Made by a program: the position numbers and the translations under genes. From the sequence record MN895435.1: DNA of 64,000 nt; one strand, written 5' to 3'. A model generated the notes under the pieces. It saw only the letters and a program-made list of their open reading frames with translations, had not been told where the DNA came from and did not search any database. The DNA is from Escherichia phage teqhal. Shown here in pieces: positions 58,876 through 64,000 of the stretch; the stretch's first letter is position 1; each line of letters begins with the position of its first letter.

Positions 58876-59793
58876 ATGGATTTAGAAATGATGCTGGATG
58901 AAGATTACAAAGAAGGAATTTGCTTTATTGACTTTAGTCAAATTGCGCTTTCAACTGCTTTAGTAAACTTCCCAGATAAAGAAAAAATTAATTTATCAAT
59001 GGTTCGTCATTTGATATTGAACTCAATTAAGTTTAATGTCAAAAAAGCAAAAACGCTTGGATACACTAAAATTGTACTGTGTATTGATAACGCGAAATCT
59101 GGATACTGGCGTCGTGATTTCGCTTATTATTATAAGAAAAACCGTGGAAAAGCACGAGAAGAATCGACTTGGGACTGGGAAGGTTATTTTGAATCCAGTC
59201 ATAAAGTTATAGATGAATTGAAAGCTTATATGCCATACATTGTTATGGATATTGATAAGTATGAAGCAGATGACCACATTGCTGTTCTTGTTAAAAAGTT
59301 CTCTTTAGAAGGACACAAGATTTTAATCATTTCATCGGATGGTGACTTTACACAGCTTCATAAATACCCAAATGTTAAGCAATGGTCACCGATGCATAAG
59401 AAATGGGTTAAAATTAAAAGCGGTTCTGCTGAAATTGACTGTATGACTAAAATCCTTAAAGGCGACAAAAAGGACAACGTTGCTTCAGTTAAAGTACGAT
59501 CTGACTTTTGGTTTACCAGAGTTGAAGGTGAACGAACTCCTTCAATGAAAACTTCAATCGTTGAAGCTATTGCTAATGACCGTGAGCAAGCTAAGGTGCT
59601 TCTTACAGAATCTGAATATAATCGTTATAAAGAAAATTTAGTTCTAATTGATTTTGATTATATTCCTGATAATATTGCTTCAAACATTGTGAATTACTAT
59701 AATTCATATAAATTACCACCGCGTGGCAAAATTTATTCATATTTTGTAAAAGCGGGTCTTTCTAAATTAACTAATAGCATTAATGAATTTTGA
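58876..59793 (+). CDS. rnh: RNase H (5'-3' exonuclease, FEN-like)
   Basis: 305 aa from ATG 58876 (track ORF 58861..59793); MDLEMMLDEDYKEGICFIDFSQIAL matches remembered T4 RNase H. Confidence 0.9.
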   Translation: MDLEMMLDEDYKEGICFIDFSQIALSTALVNFPDKEKINLSMVRHLILNSIKFNVKKAKTLGYTKIVLCIDNAKSGYWRRDFAYYYKKNRGKAREESTWDWEGYFESSHKVIDELKAYMPYIVMDIDKYEADDHIAVLVKKFSLEGHKILIISSDGDFTQLHKYPNVKQWSPMHKKWVKIKSGSAEIDCMTKILKGDKKDNVASVKVRSDFWFTRVEGERTPSMKTSIVEAIANDREQAKVLLTESEYNRYKENLVLIDFDYIPDNIASNIVNYYNSYKLPPRGKIYSYFVKAGLSKLTNSINEF

Positions 59794-59801
59794 GGTGAAT
59801 A

Positions 59802-60071
59802 ATGGCTAAAAAAGAAATGGTTGAATTTGATGAAGCTATCCATGGCGAAGACTTGGCTAAATTTATTAAAGAAGCATCTGATCATAAACTGAAAATTTCC
59901 GGTTATAATGAATTGATTAAAGATATTCGAATTCGTGCCAAAGATGAACTTGGTGTTGATGGCAAGATGTTTAATCGTCTTTTGGCTCTATATCATAAAG
60001 ATAACCGTGATGTGTTTGAAGCTGAAACCGAAGAGGTAGTTGAACTTTATGACACAGTTTTCTCTAAATGA
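59802..60071 (+). CDS. dsbA: double-stranded DNA binding protein DsbA
   Basis: 89 aa, T4 DsbA length, position between rnh and 33. Confidence 0.7.
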   Translation: MAKKEMVEFDEAIHGEDLAKFIKEASDHKLKISGYNELIKDIRIRAKDELGVDGKMFNRLLALYHKDNRDVFEAETEEVVELYDTVFSK

Positions 60072-60387
60072 TATTCGCCCGGTCGATGAGACCGGTCTTT
60101 CAGAAAAAGAACTTTCAATCAAGAAAGAAAAGGATGAAATAGCAAAGCTTCTTGATCGTCAAGAAAATGGATTTATTATTGAAAAAATGGTAGAAGAGTT
60201 TGGAATGAGTTATCTTGAAGCTACGACAGCATTCTTAGAAGAAAACTCTATTCCTGAAACTCAATTTGCTAAATTTATTCCTTCGGGTATAATTGAAAAA
60301 ATTCAGTCAGAAGCTATTGACGAAAATCTTTTACGTCCTTCTGTTGTTCGTTGTGAAAAAACTAATACATTAGATTTTCTGCTATGA
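60049..60387 (+). CDS. 33: late transcription co-activator gp33
   Basis: 112 aa from ATG 60049 (track ORF 60040..60387), position upstream of 59. Confidence 0.75.
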   Translation: MTQFSLNDIRPVDETGLSEKELSIKKEKDEIAKLLDRQENGFIIEKMVEEFGMSYLEATTAFLEENSIPETQFAKFIPSGIIEKIQSEAIDENLLRPSVVRCEKTNTLDFLL

Positions 60388-61037
60388 TTAAACTCCGCAT
60401 GCCTGCTGGTGGTGAAAGATACATTGATGGTAAATCAGTTTATAAATTATACTTAATGATAAAACAACATATGAATGGAAAGTATGATGTTATTAAGTAT
60501 AATTGGTGCATGCGGGTGTCTGATGCCGCTTATCAAAAACGAAGAGATAAGTATTTTTTCCAAAAGCTATCAGAAAAGTATAAATTAAAAGAATTGACTT
60601 TAATTTTTATTAGCAATCTTGTAGCTAACCAAGATGCTTGGATTGGTGATATCTCTGACGCTGATGCATTAGTATTTTATCGTGAATATATCGGTCGCTT
60701 AAAGCAAGTTAAATTTAAATTTGAAGAAGATATTAGGAATATCTATTATTTTAGTAAAAAAGTTGAAGTTTCTGCTTTTAAAGAAATCTTTGAGTATAAT
60801 CCAAAAGTTCAATCAAGTTATATTTTTAAACTACTTCAATCGAATATAATTTCGTTTGAGACGTTTATCTTGCTTGATTCATTTTTAAATATAATTGATA
60901 AACATGATGAACAGACTGATAATTTAGTCTGGAATAATTATTCTATAAAGTTAAAGGCTTATAGAAAAATTTTAAATATTGATTCACAGAAAGCTAAAAG
61001 TGTTTTTATTGAAACTGTGAAATCTTGCAAATATTAA
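60384..61037 (+). CDS. 59: helicase loader gp59
   Basis: 217 aa, same length and position as T4 gp59. Confidence 0.85.
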   Translation: MIKLRMPAGGERYIDGKSVYKLYLMIKQHMNGKYDVIKYNWCMRVSDAAYQKRRDKYFFQKLSEKYKLKELTLIFISNLVANQDAWIGDISDADALVFYREYIGRLKQVKFKFEEDIRNIYYFSKKVEVSAFKEIFEYNPKVQSSYIFKLLQSNIISFETFILLDSFLNIIDKHDEQTDNLVWNNYSIKLKAYRKILNIDSQKAKSVFIETVKSCKY

Positions 61038-61063
61038 TTGCTTATTATAAATAGATTATAATT
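61037..61063 (+). promoter_or_regulatory. promoter cluster upstream of gene 32 (MotA-box-like plus late TATAAATA at 61046..61053)
   Basis: TTGCTTATTATAAATAGATTATAAT. Confidence 0.45.
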
Positions 61064-61069
61064 ATCTCA

Positions 61070-61136
61070 CTGACCAGCTATGAGGTCATACATCGTCATA
61101 GCACCAACTGTTAATTAAATTAAAAAGGAAATAAAA
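61070..61136 (+). promoter_or_regulatory. gene 32 autoregulatory translational operator (pseudoknot region plus A/U-rich unstructured leader)
   Basis: CTGACCAGCTATGAGGTCATACATCGTCATAGCAC followed by TTAATTAAATTAAAAAGGAAATAAAAATG, as in the T4 gene 32 leader. Confidence 0.6.
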
Positions 61137-62045
61137 ATGTTTAAACGTAAATCTACTGCTGAACTCGCTGCACAAATGGCTAAACTGGCTGGAAATAAAG
61201 GTGGTTTTTCTTCTGAAGATAAAGGCGAGTGGAAACTGAAACTCGATAATGCGGGTAACGGTCAAGCAGTAATTCGTTTTCTTCCGTCTAAAAATGATGA
61301 ACAAGCACCATTCGCAATTCTTGTAAATCACGGTTTCAAGAAAAATGGTAAATGGTATATTGAAAACTGTTCATCTACCCACGGTGATTACGATTCTTGC
61401 CCAGTATGTCAGTACATCAGTAAAAATGATTTGTACAACACTGACAATAAAGAGTACAGTCTTGTTAAACGTAAAACTTCTTATTGGGCTAATATTCTTG
61501 TTGTAAAAGACCCAGCTGCTCCAGAAAATGAAGGTAAAGTATTTAAATATCGTTTCGGTAAGAAAATCTGGGATAAAATCAACGCGATGATTGCGGTTGA
61601 TGTTGAAATGGGTGAAACTCCGGTTGATGTAACTTGTCCGTGGGAAGGTGCTAACTTTGTACTGAAAGTTAAACAGGTTTCTGGATTTAGTAATTACGAT
61701 GAATCTAAATTCCTGAATCAATCTGCGATTCCAAACATTGACGATGAATCTTTCCAGAAAGAACTGTTCGAACAAATGGTTGACCTTTCTGAAATGACTT
61801 CTAAAGATAAATTCAAATCGTTTGAAGAACTGAGCACTAAATTCGGTCAAGTTATGGGAACTGCTGTGATGGGCGGTGCTGCTGCAACTGCTGCTAAGAA
61901 AGCTGATAAAGTTGCTGATGATTTGGATGCATTCAATGTTGATGACTTCAATACAAAAACTGAAGATGATTTTATGAGCTCAAGCTCTGGCAGTTCATCT
62001 AGTGCTGATGACACGGACCTGGATGACCTTTTGAATGACCTTTAA
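61137..62045 (+). CDS. 32: single-stranded DNA binding protein gp32
   Basis: 302 aa; [37 protein letters not shown] and acidic C-terminal tail match remembered T4 gp32. Confidence 0.95.
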   Translation: MFKRKSTAELAAQMAKLAGNKGGFSSEDKGEWKLKLDNAGNGQAVIRFLPSKNDEQAPFAILVNHGFKKNGKWYIENCSSTHGDYDSCPVCQYISKNDLYNTDNKEYSLVKRKTSYWANILVVKDPAAPENEGKVFKYRFGKKIWDKINAMIAVDVEMGETPVDVTCPWEGANFVLKVKQVSGFSNYDESKFLNQSAIPNIDDESFQKELFEQMVDLSEMTSKDKFKSFEELSTKFGQVMGTAVMGGAAATAAKKADKVADDLDAFNVDDFNTKTEDDFMSSSSGSSSSADDTDLDDLLNDL

Positions 62046-62067
62046 TAGATTATATTACTAATTAATT

Positions 62068-62093
62068 GGGGACCTCTAGGGTCCCTTTTTTTA
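62068..62093 (+). terminator. hairpin GGGGACCTCTAGGGTCCCTTTTTTT
   Basis: stem-loop plus T-run after gene 32. Confidence 0.65.
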
Positions 62094-62117
62094 TTTCAAA
62101 AATTTTTTCACAAAATG

Positions 62118-62150
62118 GTTTACATCCTTGTCCTTCCATGGTACTATACA
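62118..62150 (+). promoter_or_regulatory. T4-type early promoter with UP region
   Basis: GTTTACATCCTTGTCCTTCCATGGTACTATACA. Confidence 0.55.
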
Positions 62151-62190
62151 ACTATCGGCAATACTGCTGATGATTAAAGAGGAAAATAAT

Positions 62191-62421
62191 ATGGCTAAAG
62201 TTGATATTGACATCGTTGATTTTGAATATATCGAAGAAATTATTCGTAATCGTTATCCTGAACTTAGTATCACAAGTATTCACGATGATCCCAATTATTG
62301 CAATTTTTCTATTGTCATTGAAGGTCCTCTTGAAGACCTCACCCGCTTTATGGCTAATGAATATTGTGATGGCATGGATTCTGAAGACGCAGAATTTTAC
62401 ATGGGACTGATTGAACAATAA
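62191..62421 (+). CDS. hypothetical acidic protein (frd.3-like)
   Basis: 76 aa from ATG 62191 with AAGAGGAAAA RBS (track ORF 62128..62421). Confidence 0.45.
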   Translation: MAKVDIDIVDFEYIEEIIRNRYPELSITSIHDDPNYCNFSIVIEGPLEDLTRFMANEYCDGMDSEDAEFYMGLIEQ

Positions 62422-62427
62422 TTATCA

Positions 62428-62445
62428 AGGGGCTATCAAGCCCCT
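62428..62445 (+). terminator. hairpin GGGGCTATCAAGCCCC
   Basis: short inverted repeat after the ORF. Confidence 0.35.
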
Positions 62446-62465
62446 ATTAAAATGAGGAAACCGTA

Positions 62466-62846
62466 ATGTATACCGGTAAAAAGTATGAACTTGTTCCAAG
62501 ACTTATTGATACATTTATTAATTATAGCCCACGTTCTAATTCATCAATCGTTAAAGCTATTCGAGATAATGGCGGATGGTTTGAAGTTAAAGAAGTTTCC
62601 GTCGCTAATGGATATAAAGCAGTAAAACACATTGAATGCGCAAATGGAAAGCATTTTTACCTCAAAGATAGACTTTTAGAAATTTGCGAAGATGAATTTC
62701 ATTGTTTTCGTGAGTATAAAGAACCGACTTCTGAAGAAGATGAAGTCAAAGACAAGGTTTCTGGCGTAACAAAAATTCACTGCATTGTAGATGAAAACAA
62801 TGTAGATGAAATCATTGAACTTTTGCGAAAAACTTTTAAGGCCTAA
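62466..62846 (+). CDS. hypothetical protein
   Basis: 126 aa ORF. Confidence 0.45.
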   Translation: MYTGKKYELVPRLIDTFINYSPRSNSSIVKAIRDNGGWFEVKEVSVANGYKAVKHIECANGKHFYLKDRLLEICEDEFHCFREYKEPTSEEDEVKDKVSGVTKIHCIVDENNVDEIIELLRKTFKA

Positions 62847-62847
62847 T

Positions 62848-63069
62848 ATGACTAAAGATGATTTCCTGGATGCGGTAGAAAAAGCTAGTGAGAAATTTGA
62901 AGTGATGGGTGTACGGGTCCATAAAGACAGAAATTACGGGCTCGATATTCAAACGTATTCGTTATGGCTTGTGGGTGAACACAGTCTTGTAACCAGTTTA
63001 GTTATGGTGTCGATACCTATCCTCTATTGGTCAAGTTCAGAAGTATGGAAAAGGCTACTAAAGAAATGA
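62848..63069 (+). CDS. hypothetical protein (possible frame ambiguity at 3' end)
   Basis: 73 aa from ATG 62848 (track ORF 62806..63069); a second frame is open over the last 100 nt. Confidence 0.35.
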   Translation: MTKDDFLDAVEKASEKFEVMGVRVHKDRNYGLDIQTYSLWLVGEHSLVTSLVMVSIPILYWSSSEVWKRLLKK

Positions 63070-63109
63070 TTAAGCTTGGTAAGTGGCTCGATAAAATTCA
63101 AAAATAATT

Positions 63110-63142
63110 GTTTACAACGGGCTATGGTAATGATACTATAGC
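63110..63142 (+). promoter_or_regulatory. T4-type early promoter
   Basis: TGTTTACAACGGGCTATGGTAATGATACTATAG. Confidence 0.5.
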
Positions 63143-63164
63143 CTTATCAACTAAGGAGAATAAA

Positions 63165-63407
63165 ATGAGATTACAACGTCAGAGCATCAAAGATTCGGAA
63201 GTTAGAGGTAAATGGTATTTTAATATCATCGGTAAAGATTCTGAACTTGTTGAAAAAGCTGAACACCTTTTACGTGGCATGGGATGGGAAGATGAATGTG
63301 ATGGGTGTCCGCTTTATGAAGACGGTGAAAGCGCAGGATTTTGGATTTACCATTCTGACGTCGAGCAGTTTAAAGCCGATTGGAAAATTGTGAAAAAGTC
63401 TGTTTAA
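63165..63407 (+). CDS. hypothetical protein
   Basis: 80 aa from ATG 63165 with AAGGAG RBS (track ORF 63108..63407). Confidence 0.45.
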   Translation: MRLQRQSIKDSEVRGKWYFNIIGKDSELVEKAEHLLRGMGWEDECDGCPLYEDGESAGFWIYHSDVEQFKADWKIVKKSV

Positions 63408-63417
63408 GGAAAATAAT

Positions 63418-64000
<583 letters not shown>

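Overview
This window is a contiguous 64 kb segment of a T-even (T4-like, Tevenvirinae) coliphage genome, shown as the reverse complement of the conventional T4 map. All identifications rest on my reading of the translated ORFs against remembered T4 protein sequences, lengths and gene order; no database search was run. Plus-strand early/middle genes run 55, a-gt, 47, 46, rpbA, 45, 44, 62, regA, 43, imm, 42, uvsX, 40, 41, dmd, sp, 61, 56, soc, modB, modA, dda, dexA, 39, rIIA, rIIB, denB, ndd, stp, ac, 52, motA, arn, asiA; then a minus-strand late block (t, 38, 37, 36, 35, 34); then rnh, dsbA, 33, 59, 32 and the start of frd. Three features point to a T2/T6-type phage rather than T4 itself: an unsplit gene 39 (605 aa), a glycine-rich 261 aa gp38 adhesin, and a different 280 aa glycosyltransferase where T4 has beta-gt. 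No tRNA, rRNA, CRISPR array or intron was seen. I did not find one clear-cut novel multi-gene system; the best candidates for undescribed biology are an antisense, late-promoter-driven HNH endonuclease with three zinc-finger repeats between genes 46 and rpbA, and several clusters of uncharacterised small early ORFs sitting beside known anti-host genes. Coordinates of the short motifs and of small ORFs absent from the supplied track were counted by eye and may be off by a base or two.
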